Of a stretch of DNA of 64,000 bases, positions 8,488 through 16,732 are shown in pieces. How positions within the stretch are numbered: the first letter of the stretch is position 1; every line of letters begins with the position of its first letter. The notes beneath the pieces were generated by a model. It had not been told where the DNA came from. It made no database searches and worked only from the letters and a program-made list of their open reading frames with translations. Origin of the DNA: an uncultured Actinomycetes bacterium (GTDB taxonomy: Bacteria; Actinomycetota; Thermoleophilia; Gaiellales; Gaiellaceae); the NCBI GenBank assembly GCA_963809465.1, contig CAWEJU010000015.1:398295-462294 (forward strand). Reading direction: 5' to 3'. The translations under genes were made by a program, and so were the position numbers.

Positions 8488-8711
8488 GGGGCCGCAGATG
8501 TTGTCATAAGCAGGGCATCTTTCTGCGCTAGCCGCGGCGGGTCCCGGAACTCGGCCAGCCAGGCGAGCGTCCGCAGCCCGATCCAGACCGGGGTCAGCAG
8601 GACGTAGAAGATGATGTCGCCGACGAGCAGCGCCACTCCCCAAAGAGCCCAGTAGCGCAGTGGGATGGGCGGCTTGGCCTTCCGGACGGCGGGGCCGGGC
8701 TCCGCGGTCAC
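8484..8711 (-). CDS. small membrane protein (75 aa) translationally coupled between PDRP and ppdK
   Basis: GTG 8711 overlaps the PDRP TGA (GTGA). Its own TGA overlaps the ppdK ATG (ATGA). Hydrophobic stretch YWALWGVALLVGDIIFYVLLTPVWIGL. Confidence 0.45.
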   Translation of the reverse strand: MTAEPGPAVRKAKPPIPLRYWALWGVALLVGDIIFYVLLTPVWIGLRTLAWLAEFRDPPRLAQKDALLMTTSAAP

Positions 8712-9547
8712 CGTGCGGCCTGCGCCTTCGCCTCGCCTGCGCGTTCCTCGACGACGCGGAGGATGCGATGCGCCGTCTCCTCGATCGACAGCTCCGAGAT
8801 GTTGATCACCGGGCAACCGAGGCGGCGGTGGAGCTTCTTCGCCTGCTCGAGCTCCTCGTAGATCTCGGCGAGCTCGGCGTACTGGCGATTGCGAGACGGC
8901 GCCCCCATTGCGCGCACGCGTGCCCTGCGGATCTCGGCGAGCCGGTCCGGGTCGATCGTCAGGCCGACCACCTTGGCCTGGTCGATCTCGAACAGCTCCG
9001 GCGGCGGCTGGATGCCCTTCACGACCGGGACGTTCGCCGCCTTGTGGCCGAGGTAGCCGAGGTAGATCGAGAGCGGTGTCTTCGAAGTGCGCGAGACGCC
9101 GACGAGAACGACGTCCGCGTCGTGGAGACCGTGCGCGACCCCGTCGTCGTAGCGCACGGCGAACTCGATCGCCTCCATCCGCTTGAAGTAGGCGGAGTTG
9201 AGAGGCGGCCGCGACCCCGGCGTCATCTTCGCCGCCTGGCCCGAGACGCGAGCGACGGCGTCGATCGGCTGGCCGAGCAGGTCGCAGTAGTGGAGGCGCG
9301 CCCGCCGGCAGAGCGTGCGCATCGCCTCGCGGAGCTGCGGCTGGACGAGTGTGTAGACCACGACGGCGGGCCGGCCACGCATCCGGTTGACGGCGAGATG
9401 GAGGTCGTCCTCCGACTCGACGCGAGGATGGCGGATCTCGACGAACTCCTGATCCGGGAACTGCGCCTCGAGCGCCTGGACCAGCCGCGCTGCGGTCTCA
9501 CCGGTGGCGTCGGAGACGACATGGAGCTCGACCGGCGGGTTCGGCAT
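8708..9547 (-). CDS. pyruvate phosphate dikinase regulatory protein (DUF299 kinase/pyrophosphorylase)
   Basis: HVVSDATGETA..VLVGVSRTSKTPLS..IDPDRL motifs. Confidence 0.9.
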   Translation of the reverse strand: MPNPPVELHVVSDATGETAARLVQALEAQFPDQEFVEIRHPRVESEDDLHLAVNRMRGRPAVVVYTLVQPQLREAMRTLCRRARLHYCDLLGQPIDAVARVSGQAAKMTPGSRPPLNSAYFKRMEAIEFAVRYDDGVAHGLHDADVVLVGVSRTSKTPLSIYLGYLGHKAANVPVVKGIQPPPELFEIDQAKVVGLTIDPDRLAEIRRARVRAMGAPSRNRQYAELAEIYEELEQAKKLHRRLGCPVINISELSIEETAHRILRVVEERAGEAKAQAAR

Positions 9548-9555
9548 CGGCGGTC

Positions 9556-9561
9556 AGCGTA
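9556..9561 (-). promoter_or_regulatory. -10-like TACGCT, 8 nt before the PDRP ATG (leaderless)
   Basis: Minus strand reads TACGCT-gaccgccg-ATG. Confidence 0.45.
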
Positions 9562-9725
9562 ACCGGCAGCTGTGTCCAGTAACCGTCCCAAACCCCCACC
9601 CACCACGGGGAGGCCAGCCTAGGCCGGAGGGTGAGACGCCGGTGTCGCGACTTCGCGCCGAGGCGCTGAAGACGTCGTCCCGCGCTCGCCGTGCGCGAGC
9701 CGGCCGTCCCTGGGAGGCGCCCGGG

Positions 9726-9731
9726 TAACCT
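9726..9731 (+). promoter_or_regulatory. -10-like TAACCT, 6 nt before the glyQS ATG (leaderless)
   Basis: TAACCT-ccgccc-ATG. No SD lies at functional distance. Confidence 0.45.
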
Positions 9732-9737
9732 CCGCCC

Positions 9738-11102
9738 ATGGCCGAGACGGCGCCACCGCTGACGATGGACACGATCGTCTCCCTCTGCCGCCGCCGCGGC
9801 TTCGTCTTCCCGTCCTCCGAGATCTACGGCGGGCTCGGCTCGACGTACGACTACGGCCACTACGGCGTCCTCACGAAGAACAACATCCGCTCGCTCTGGT
9901 TCCGCGCGATGGTGCAGGAGCGTGACGACATCGTCGCCCTCGACTCGGCGATCATCCTCAACCCCCGCGTCTGGGAAGCGTCCGGCCACGTCGACGTCTT
10001 CACCGACCCGCTCGTCGACTGCCGCACGTGCAAGCTCCGCTTCCGTGCCGACCAGCTCGAGCTCGCCAGCTGCGGCCGCAAGCCGAGCAAGCACCCCGGG
10101 GAGACGTCGGACTGCGACCTCACCGAGGCACGCAAGTTCAACCTCATGTTCGAGACACACGTCGGCGCCCTCCAGGACGCCAGCTCGGCCGCCTACCTCC
10201 GCCCGGAGACCGCGCAGGGCATCTTCGTCAACTTCAAGAACGTCGCCCAGCTCGCGCGGCGCAAGCCGCCCTTCGGCATCGCCCAGTTCGGCAAGGCGTT
10301 CCGGAACGAGATCACGCCGGGCAACTTCCTCTTTCGCCAGCGCGAGTTCGAGCTGATGGAGATGGAGTTCTTCGTCCCACCCGACGAGAGCGAGGAGTGG
10401 CATCGCTACTGGATCGACGCGCGCCGGCGCTGGTACCTCGACCTCGGCGTCCGCGACGAGAACCTCCGTGTGCGGGAGCACGGCGCCGAGGAGCGTTCGC
10501 ACTACTCGAGCGCGACGAGCGACCTCGAATACCTCTACCCGATCGGCTGGCAGGAGCTCGAGGGGATCGCGAATCGCGGCGACTACGACCTGACGCAGCA
10601 CACGCAGCACTCGGGGACGAAGCTCGAATGGATCGACCCGGACGGGACCCGTTACACGCCGCACGTAATCGAGCCGGCCGTCTCGATCGACCGCATCATG
10701 CTCGCCTTCCTCTGCGACGCCTACGACGAGGAGGTCGTCGGCGACCGCGAGCGTGTCGTCCTCCGGCTCCATCCGCGCGTCGCACCCGTGAAGGCGGCCA
10801 TCCTGCCGCTCATCCCCCGCGACGAGGGGATGGCGGCGCGCGCACGAGCGCTCTACGAGGAGCTTCGCCGCTACCACCTCGTCGAGCACGACGACAGCGG
10901 TCAGATCGGGAGGCGTTACCGGCGTCAGGACGAAATAGGTACGCCGTGGGCCTTCACCGTCGACGAGCAGACGCTCGAGGACGAGACCGTAACGGTGCGG
11001 GATCGGGACTCGCTCGAGCAGGAACGCCTTCCGATCGGCGGAGTGCGGGAGTGGCTGGACGACGCGCTGCAGCAGGACTGGTCCTCGCCGCACTCGGGCT
11101 GA
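9738..11102 (+). CDS. glyQS: glycine--tRNA ligase (class II, homodimeric type)
   Basis: RRGFVFPSSEIYGG..YDYG N-terminus and class II synthetase motifs over 454 aa. Confidence 0.95.
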   Translation: MAETAPPLTMDTIVSLCRRRGFVFPSSEIYGGLGSTYDYGHYGVLTKNNIRSLWFRAMVQERDDIVALDSAIILNPRVWEASGHVDVFTDPLVDCRTCKLRFRADQLELASCGRKPSKHPGETSDCDLTEARKFNLMFETHVGALQDASSAAYLRPETAQGIFVNFKNVAQLARRKPPFGIAQFGKAFRNEITPGNFLFRQREFELMEMEFFVPPDESEEWHRYWIDARRRWYLDLGVRDENLRVREHGAEERSHYSSATSDLEYLYPIGWQELEGIANRGDYDLTQHTQHSGTKLEWIDPDGTRYTPHVIEPAVSIDRIMLAFLCDAYDEEVVGDRERVVLRLHPRVAPVKAAILPLIPRDEGMAARARALYEELRRYHLVEHDDSGQIGRRYRRQDEIGTPWAFTVDEQTLEDETVTVRDRDSLEQERLPIGGVREWLDDALQQDWSSPHSG

Positions 11103-11638
11103 CGGTCGCCGGCTGCGGCCTCGGCGGCACGAAGACCGTGAGCGTCACGCGCACGCAGACGGTGACGACCACGCGGACCGTCACCACGACCAGTTCCGCG
11201 ACGTCCGCCGACCCCTGTACCGGAGCGCAGCTCACGGGCGTGTTCACCCTCGTGCCAGGCAGCGCGGGCGCCGGCCAGATCGAGTACGCGCTCACGCTCA
11301 AGAACGTCTCCCACAGCCCGTGCTCCCTTCATGGGATCCCGAAGGCGACACTGCTCGGCGCGACCGGCTCCGAATTGCCGACGCACATCACCGCGGCCGG
11401 ACGCGGCAAGTCGCGCGGAGTCGTGCTCCAGGGCGGCGCTTCCGCAGTCGCCGACGCCCGTTTCTCACCCGACGTGACGGGCCAGGGAGACTCGCAGACG
11501 GGGACCTGTCAGCCGCAGGCTCACACGCTCCAGGTGAGTCCGGACGGAGGCGGCGTGGCGGACGCCGGGATCAAGCCGCCGACGAGCGTCTGCGAGCAGG
11601 GCACACTGCACTTCGAGCCGTTCGGCTACGCCGGCTAG
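11051..11638 (+). CDS. DUF4232-like lipoprotein
   Basis: Signal peptide with lipobox LTVAGC, a Thr-rich linker, then C..LTL.N.S...C.L.G.P cysteine pairs typical of DUF4232. The GTG start overlaps the glyQS 3' end, so the start is uncertain. Confidence 0.6.
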   Translation: MAGRRAAAGLVLAALGLTVAGCGLGGTKTVSVTRTQTVTTTRTVTTTSSATSADPCTGAQLTGVFTLVPGSAGAGQIEYALTLKNVSHSPCSLHGIPKATLLGATGSELPTHITAAGRGKSRGVVLQGGASAVADARFSPDVTGQGDSQTGTCQPQAHTLQVSPDGGGVADAGIKPPTSVCEQGTLHFEPFGYAG

Positions 11639-11648
11639 AGGGGCCCGG

Positions 11649-12407
11649 CTAAGCGCTGCGGCTCGTCAGCGTCCGCAGCCGGAAACCGCCGTGGTACTCG
11701 TATGAGGCGGTGACCACGCTGACGGCATCCCGGCGGGCACGCTCGGAGAGACCAAGCTCCGCTGCCTCTGCGAGCGGCCGGGCGAGAAGCGCCTCGATTC
11801 CGGCGATCCCCTCGCCGGACAGCGCGAGCGCCTCGGTCGCCGGCGCGCAGCGTGCGCAGACCGCGCCACCGGAGCGGGGCGAGTAGCCGACGAGCGGCTC
11901 CTGATCGGCACCGCACTCGGCGCAGCCCGTGAGATGCGGTAGGTAGCCCGCCAGCCAGAGGAGCTTGAGCTGGAACGCGAGCCCGAGCGGATCGAGCGTC
12001 GGCCGCTCGGCGGCGTGCGGCAGGCCGTCGAGGAGGTCGAGGAAGCGTGTCAGCGCACCGAACGCCCGCTCGTTCGCCTCCTCCTCGCTGAACAGGCGCA
12101 GCATCGCCTCGGCGCCGATCATCCCGACGGAGAAGCGGTAGTAGTCCTCCCGCGCTTCCCGGTGCGAGCGCACGAGCTGCGCGGCAGTGACCGTCTCGAG
12201 CTCGCCGCGGCCGCGGTGGAGGACGAGCTCCACGTGCGAGAGCGGCTCGAGCCGCGCGCCGAAGCGCGACATCGTCTTCCGAACACCTTTCGCCACGGCG
12301 CCGACCCTGCCGTGCGCCTCGGTGTAGAGGTGGAGGACGCGATCGGCCTCTCCGAGCCGGAACGACCGGAGCACGACTGCTTCTGTGCTGTACGCCCGTC
12401 CGGCCAT
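11649..12407 (-). CDS. recO: DNA repair protein RecO
   Basis: EAVVLRSFRLGEADRVLHLYT N-terminus and a C-terminal Cys cluster CAECG..CARC. Confidence 0.9.
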   Translation of the reverse strand: MAGRAYSTEAVVLRSFRLGEADRVLHLYTEAHGRVGAVAKGVRKTMSRFGARLEPLSHVELVLHRGRGELETVTAAQLVRSHREAREDYYRFSVGMIGAEAMLRLFSEEEANERAFGALTRFLDLLDGLPHAAERPTLDPLGLAFQLKLLWLAGYLPHLTGCAECGADQEPLVGYSPRSGGAVCARCAPATEALALSGEGIAGIEALLARPLAEAAELGLSERARRDAVSVVTASYEYHGGFRLRTLTSRSA

Positions 12408-12414
12408 GTCTCGC

Positions 12415-12420
12415 AGTCTA
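12415..12420 (-). promoter_or_regulatory. -10-like TAGACT, 7 nt before the recO ATG (leaderless)
   Basis: Minus strand reads TAGACT-gcgagac-ATG. Confidence 0.45.
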
Positions 12421-12472
12421 GGGAGGGCGCCGGGCAGGAACGATCACGCCGCTTTCTGCGTTGTAACCGGTA

Positions 12473-12727
12473 ATGCAGCGGATCCGGATCTATACGACGC
12501 GCTGGTGCGGCTTCTGCGTTCGTGCGAAGACGCTGCTCGATTCCCGTGGTCTGCCCTACGAGGAGGTCTCGCTCGACGACGATCCGGCCTTCCGGCAGAC
12601 GGTGTACGACGCGACGGGGGGCTGGACTGTGCCGCAGGTCCTCATCGACGACCGGCCGATCGGCGGCTACGCCGAGCTCTGGCGGCTCGATCGCGAGGGC
12701 CGCCTCGACGACCTCCTCGCGGCCTGA
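12473..12727 (+). CDS. glutaredoxin
   Basis: 84 aa. IRIYTTRWCGFC active site and TVPQVLIDDRPIGGY motif. Confidence 0.85.
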   Translation: MQRIRIYTTRWCGFCVRAKTLLDSRGLPYEEVSLDDDPAFRQTVYDATGGWTVPQVLIDDRPIGGYAELWRLDREGRLDDLLAA

Positions 12728-13560
12728 GACGGCTGCTCCGGCTGGCACGTCGGGCAGAACCACGTCGTGCGGCCCGCGACACTTGTGCGGGCGATCAGGG
12801 TTCCGCAGCGGTCGCACGGCTCGTCCCGCCGCCCGTAGACCCGGAACTCGTTCTGCATCGAGCCCCCGCTCCCATCGGGTAGCCGGTAGTCGCGCAGCGT
12901 CGACCCTTGCCGGGCGAGGCCGTGCTCGAGCGCAGCGCGGATTCCGCGGTGCAGCCGCCGTAGCTCGACGCGGTCGAGGCCGGCCGCGGGCCGTAGCGGG
13001 TTGAGCCGCGCCCGCCACAGTGCCTCGTCGGCGTAGATGTTCCCCATCCCCGCCAGGGTGCGCTGGTCGAGGAGAGCAGCCTTGAGCGAGGTACGTCGAC
13101 CGGCGAGGCGCTCGCCGAGCCGCGCCGCGGTGAAGAGCGTGTCGAGCGGTTCATCGCCGACGCGTGCCCCGAGGTAGGGCTCGGCCTCCCCAGGTTCGAG
13201 GAGGAGCCAGGTGCCGAAGCGGCGGACGTCCCGGTATGCGACGTCCGATCCGTCGTCTAGGTTGACAACAGCGCGCCGGTGCGGGTCGTCTCCGAGCGAT
13301 CCCCCGAGTCCGTGCCGCAGGCTCCCCGTCATCCGGAGGTGGATCAGGAGAACCCGACCGCTCTCGAACCGAACAACCAGATACTTGCCGCGCCGCTCGA
13401 CCGCCGCGACGCTCTCCCCTTCGAGCTCGGCCGCCACCTCGGCCGGGTCGTACGGGCGCACGAGTCGCGAGTCGTCGATGACTACGTGTTCGAAGCGACG
13501 CCCGACGAGCGCGGGCGCGAGCTGCCTGCGGACGCTCTCGACCTCCGGCAGCTCCGGCAT
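12667..13560 (-). CDS. mutM: formamidopyrimidine-DNA glycosylase
   Basis: MPELPEVE N-terminus, H2TH region, and C-terminal zinc finger CDRCG..CPTCQ. A 24-aa tail overlaps the convergent glutaredoxin gene. Confidence 0.9.
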   Translation of the reverse strand: MPELPEVESVRRQLAPALVGRRFEHVVIDDSRLVRPYDPAEVAAELEGESVAAVERRGKYLVVRFESGRVLLIHLRMTGSLRHGLGGSLGDDPHRRAVVNLDDGSDVAYRDVRRFGTWLLLEPGEAEPYLGARVGDEPLDTLFTAARLGERLAGRRTSLKAALLDQRTLAGMGNIYADEALWRARLNPLRPAAGLDRVELRRLHRGIRAALEHGLARQGSTLRDYRLPDGSGGSMQNEFRVYGRRDEPCDRCGTLIARTSVAGRTTWFCPTCQPEQPSQAARRSSRRPSRSSRQSSA

Positions 13561-13566
13561 GCAGCC

Positions 13567-13572
13567 AGCGTA
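13567..13572 (-). promoter_or_regulatory. -10-like TACGCT, 6 nt before the mutM ATG (leaderless)
   Basis: Minus strand reads TACGCT-ggctgc-ATG. Confidence 0.45.
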
Positions 13573-13600
13573 GTCGTGTGGCCGAGCCGCGCCGAGCGCG

Positions 13601-14767
13601 CTACGGCGCCATGATCGGCTGCCCGGGGATGCCGCGCGACGGCGCCTTGCCACCGAGCCAGGCATTCACGGTCGAGCCCACGTCCGCGAACTCGCCCTCG
13701 TGGATCCGGCCGGCTGCGTTCCGCCCCTCGACGTACGCGAGCAGCATCGCGTACTCGCGGGAATGGTCCGTCGACGGCGTCGTCGGGTCGCAACCGTGGT
13801 CCGAGGTGATGACGAGGAGGTCGCCCGGCCGGAGAGCATCGAGCAGATCGGGGAGGCGGCGATCGAAGTCCTGCAGGCAGCGGTGGAAGTTGACGGGGTC
13901 GTTCCGGTGCCCCCACAGCATGTCCGTCTCGACGAGGTTGACGAAGACGAACCCCTCGTCCAGCTCGCGGAGCAAGCGCTCTGTCACCTGGATGCCCTCG
14001 ATGTTCGATTTCGTCGGTTGCGACTCGTCGATGTCCTGCCCGGCGAAGATGTCGCCGATCTTGCCGACGCCGTAGACCTTCGGACCCGCTTCCCGAAGGA
14101 GTGACAGGTAGTTCGGCCGGCGGGGCACGAGCGAGAAGTCGTGCCGGTTCGGCGTCCGAACGTAGTTGCCCGGCTCTCCGGTGAACGGCCGAGCTATGAC
14201 GCGTCCGACCGCGTGCTTACCCGTGAGGATCTCGCGGGCGGCCCGGCAGGCGTCGTAGAGCTCCTCGAGCGGAACCGTCTCCTCGTGGGCGGCGATCTGG
14301 AAGACGGAGTCGGCCGAGGTGTAAACGATCCACTTCCCCGTCCGCTGGTGCTCCTCGCCCAGCTCCTGGATGATCTCGGTGCCCGACGCCGTCTTGTTCC
14401 CGAGCACGCCCCGGCCCGTGCGGTGCATGAATGGGTCGATCACGTCGTGGGGGAACCCGTGCGGGTACGTGGGGAATGCCTGGGCCGTGACGATTCCCAT
14501 GTGCTCCCAGTGGCCCGTCGTCGTGTCCTTGCCCTTGGAGCGCTCGGTCAGCCGGCCTGCCACCGCCGGGGCACCGGGCTGCGGCGGGCAGCCTTCGAGC
14601 GGCTCCACGTTGCCGAGGCCGAGCGCCTCGAGGCTCGGCAAATCGAGACCGCCCACGGCTCGCGCTACGTTGCCGAGCGTGTCCGAGCCCTCGTCTCCGT
14701 ACTGCCCGGCGTCCGGCAGCTCGCCGGCGCCGACGGCATCGAGCACGATGACACACGCCCTGGGCAC
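13601..14767 (-). CDS. deoB: phosphopentomutase
   Basis: VIVLDAVGAGELPDA..YGDEGSDTLGN N-terminus and metal-site motifs (TSDHGCDPT). Confidence 0.9.
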   Translation of the reverse strand: MPRACVIVLDAVGAGELPDAGQYGDEGSDTLGNVARAVGGLDLPSLEALGLGNVEPLEGCPPQPGAPAVAGRLTERSKGKDTTTGHWEHMGIVTAQAFPTYPHGFPHDVIDPFMHRTGRGVLGNKTASGTEIIQELGEEHQRTGKWIVYTSADSVFQIAAHEETVPLEELYDACRAAREILTGKHAVGRVIARPFTGEPGNYVRTPNRHDFSLVPRRPNYLSLLREAGPKVYGVGKIGDIFAGQDIDESQPTKSNIEGIQVTERLLRELDEGFVFVNLVETDMLWGHRNDPVNFHRCLQDFDRRLPDLLDALRPGDLLVITSDHGCDPTTPSTDHSREYAMLLAYVEGRNAAGRIHEGEFADVGSTVNAWLGGKAPSRGIPGQPIMAP

Positions 14768-14772
14768 CGGGC

Positions 14773-14779
14773 TATTCTA
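14773..14779. promoter_or_regulatory. overlapping divergent -10 boxes (minus TAGAAT, plus TATTCT)
   Basis: On the minus strand, TAGAAT at 14779-14774 lies 6 nt before the deoB GTG at 14767. On the plus strand, TATTCT at 14773-14778 lies 10 nt before GTG 14789. Confidence 0.45.
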
Positions 14780-14788
14780 GGGACGCCC

Positions 14789-14920
14789 GTGTCGAACGCC
14801 CTTGGCCTCCTCGCTTTCGCCGCCTACGTCGCCTTGATCGTGGGGATGGCGGCCGCCGTGACGTGGCTGGTCGTCCGGTTCACACCCAGCCGCAAGCCCA
14901 ACGGCCCGCCGCGGAGCTAG
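14789..14920 (+). CDS. possible 43-aa single-pass membrane peptide
   Basis: GTG start with a -10-like box 10 nt upstream. Hydrophobic core LGLLAFAAYVALIVGMAAAVTWLVV. Its stop overlaps the ald stop by 4 nt. Confidence 0.3.
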   Translation: MSNALGLLAFAAYVALIVGMAAAVTWLVVRFTPSRKPNGPPRS

Positions 14921-16041
14921 ACCGGCGCGAGCGGCAGGACGTCCGCGAGCGGCGTGTAGTCGAGGCCGTGGGCTTCGGCGACCGCCTCGTGCGTGATCTT
15001 GCCGTCGAGGACGTTGACGCCGCGCCCGAGCGACGGGTCGCGCGCGACAGCCTCGGCAAGCCCGTGATCGGCGATCGCCTCGACGTAGGGCAGCGTCGCG
15101 TTCGTGAGCGCCTTCGTGGACGTGACGGGCACGCCGCCCGGCATGTTCGCGACGCAGTAGTGGATGATCCCGTCCACCTCGTAGACCGGGTCCGAGTGCG
15201 TGGTCGGCCGCGCGGTCGCGATGCAGCCTCCCTGGTCGATGGCGACGTCGACGATCACGGCTCCCGGCTGCATGTCGGAAAGCATCCCCCGACTGATCAG
15301 CTTCGGCGCACGCGCGCCGGGGATGAGGACGGCGCCGATGACGACGTCCGCGTGCGCGATCGTCTGCTCGACCTCCAGGCTCGACGACATCAGCAGGCTG
15401 ACGCGACCGGAGAGGATCTCGTCGAGATGCCGCATCCGGTCGATCGATCGCTCGAGCAGCGTGACGCGAGCACCGAGCCCGAGCGCGATGATCGCCGCGT
15501 TGTAGCCGACGATCCCACCGCCGAGGACGACGACATGGCCGGGCTGGACGCCCGGGGTTCCTGCCAGGAGAACGCCGCGGCCACCGAGCGGCTTTTCGAG
15601 GAAGTGCGCGGCGGCCTGTGGTGCAAGCCTTCCGGCGATCTCGCTCATCGGCGCGAGCAGGGGCAGCCGATGGTCGTCCGTCTCGACCGTCTCGTAGGCG
15701 ACTCCCGTGATGCCGCTGTCCGCGAGCGCCCGTGTGAGCGGCTCGTCGGCCGCGATGTGGAGGTACGTGAAGAGGATGAGGCCCTCGCGCAGGCGCGAAT
15801 ACTCGGGCGCGATCGGCTCTTTGACCTTGAGCAGGAGGTCGGCCTGCCGCCACACGTCGTCGACGGCGGCGATGCGAGCGCCTGCCCGCTCGTACTGCTC
15901 GTCGGCGAACGAGCTCCCCTCCCCTGCCGTCGTCTCGACGACGACCTCGTGACCGCGCTGGATCAGCTCACGGGCTCCCGCGGGCGTGAGCGCCACGCGG
16001 TACTCGTCGGTCTTGATCTCCTTCGGAACACCGATCCGCAA
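14917..16041 (-). CDS. ald: alanine dehydrogenase
   Basis: MRIGVPKEIK..EYRVALTP N-terminus and Rossmann motif VLGGGIVG. The start codon is TTG. Confidence 0.95.
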   Translation of the reverse strand: MRIGVPKEIKTDEYRVALTPAGARELIQRGHEVVVETTAGEGSSFADEQYERAGARIAAVDDVWRQADLLLKVKEPIAPEYSRLREGLILFTYLHIAADEPLTRALADSGITGVAYETVETDDHRLPLLAPMSEIAGRLAPQAAAHFLEKPLGGRGVLLAGTPGVQPGHVVVLGGGIVGYNAAIIALGLGARVTLLERSIDRMRHLDEILSGRVSLLMSSSLEVEQTIAHADVVIGAVLIPGARAPKLISRGMLSDMQPGAVIVDVAIDQGGCIATARPTTHSDPVYEVDGIIHYCVANMPGGVPVTSTKALTNATLPYVEAIADHGLAEAVARDPSLGRGVNVLDGKITHEAVAEAHGLDYTPLADVLPLAPV

Positions 16042-16050
16042 AGCCCGGAG

Positions 16051-16056
16051 ACACTA
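16051..16056 (-). promoter_or_regulatory. -10-like TAGTGT, 9 nt before the ald TTG
   Basis: Minus strand reads TAGTGT-ctccgggct-TTG. Confidence 0.3.
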
Positions 16057-16173
16057 TCTCGCCGGAGCCGCAGTACGAAGTCGCGATGGATTTGCCGGCG
16101 GCTCGCGACCCGACGGCACGGTCCTGACACGACTCCGCCGGTAGCCTCGCCAGCGAGGGCGGAGGGATCGACT

Positions 16174-16191
16174 CCCCACCCTTGGGTGGGG
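16174..16191 (-). terminator. GC hairpin CCCCACCC-nn-GGGTGGGG downstream of the NUDIX gene
   Basis: Perfect 8-nt inverted repeat starting 35 nt after the NUDIX stop. No U-tract. Confidence 0.3.
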
Positions 16192-16225
16192 GTGTGGAGC
16201 GGCCGGCCATTCCGGACCGGTCGCT

Positions 16226-16732
16226 TCAGGGGCTTGTCCTGAGGTAGAGCAGCAATCCGGCGAGCGTCTTTGCGTCCTCGATCTCGTCCAGCCGCTTCCC
16301 GACCTCGGCTACCGGCCAGCGGACGAGCTCGAGCTCCTCGTCCGCCTCCGGAGCGGCCTCGCCGCGCACCACGCCTTCGGCCGCGAACACGTGCATCCGC
16401 TCGCGGCAGAAGCCCGGAGTCGTCCAGAACGCCGCCAGCTCGCGCCATTGGCCGCCGCTCAGCCCGCATTCCTCCCGGAGCTCCCGTCGCGCGGTCGTAA
16501 GCGGTTCCTCGCCGGGCTCGGCCGTCCCAGCCGGCAGCTCGAGCAGCCGTTTCCGTGCGGGCTCGCGCAGCTGCCGGACGAGCGTGACGTACCCCTCGGC
16601 GTCCACCGCCACGATGGCCACGGCACCCGGGTGCTCGACGATCTCTCTCTCGTGGTCGCCCCACTGTTCGACGGTGAGTCCGAGCAAGCGTCCCTCGTAG
16701 ACGCGCCGCGCCGAGTCGGGCTCGAACGTCAC
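16226..16732 (-). CDS. NUDIX hydrolase (ADP-ribose pyrophosphatase-like)
   Basis: Nudix box GTAEPGEEPLTTARRELREECGL. GTGA overlap with the upstream gene. Confidence 0.85.
   Translation of the reverse strand: MTFEPDSARRVYEGRLLGLTVEQWGDHEREIVEHPGAVAIVAVDAEGYVTLVRQLREPARKRLLELPAGTAEPGEEPLTTARRELREECGLSGGQWRELAAFWTTPGFCRERMHVFAAEGVVRGEAAPEADEELELVRWPVAEVGKRLDEIEDAKTLAGLLLYLRTSP

Noticed and set aside
5143-8607. 1154-aa plus-strand ORF antisense to ppdK. Similar long antisense or out-of-frame ORFs occur at 17619-19514, 37865-40390, 46851-48482, 139-957 and 28102-28914, among others.
   Set aside because: They have Arg/Ala/Pro/Gly-rich low-complexity translations with no recognisable motifs. They lie opposite or out of frame to strongly supported genes, as expected for stop-codon-poor high-G+C DNA.
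9548-9737. Possible T-box leader upstream of glyQS (190-bp spacer, GGGAGG...CCTCC hairpin, AGGGTGAGAC/GGTGTCGCG).
   Set aside because: I could find no convincing T-box consensus (UGGNACCGCG), specifier loop with a GGC codon, or stem I motifs. A -10-like TAACCT 6 nt before the ATG fits a leaderless transcript better.
16042-16225. Possible riboswitch (glycine-like) or structured leader in the 184-nt region upstream of ald.
   Set aside because: There are only vague matches (ACCGGCGGAG, UCAGGACCG) to the glycine aptamer consensus. A -10-like box 9 nt from the start suggests the region is upstream regulatory DNA plus the NUDIX terminator, not a 5' UTR.
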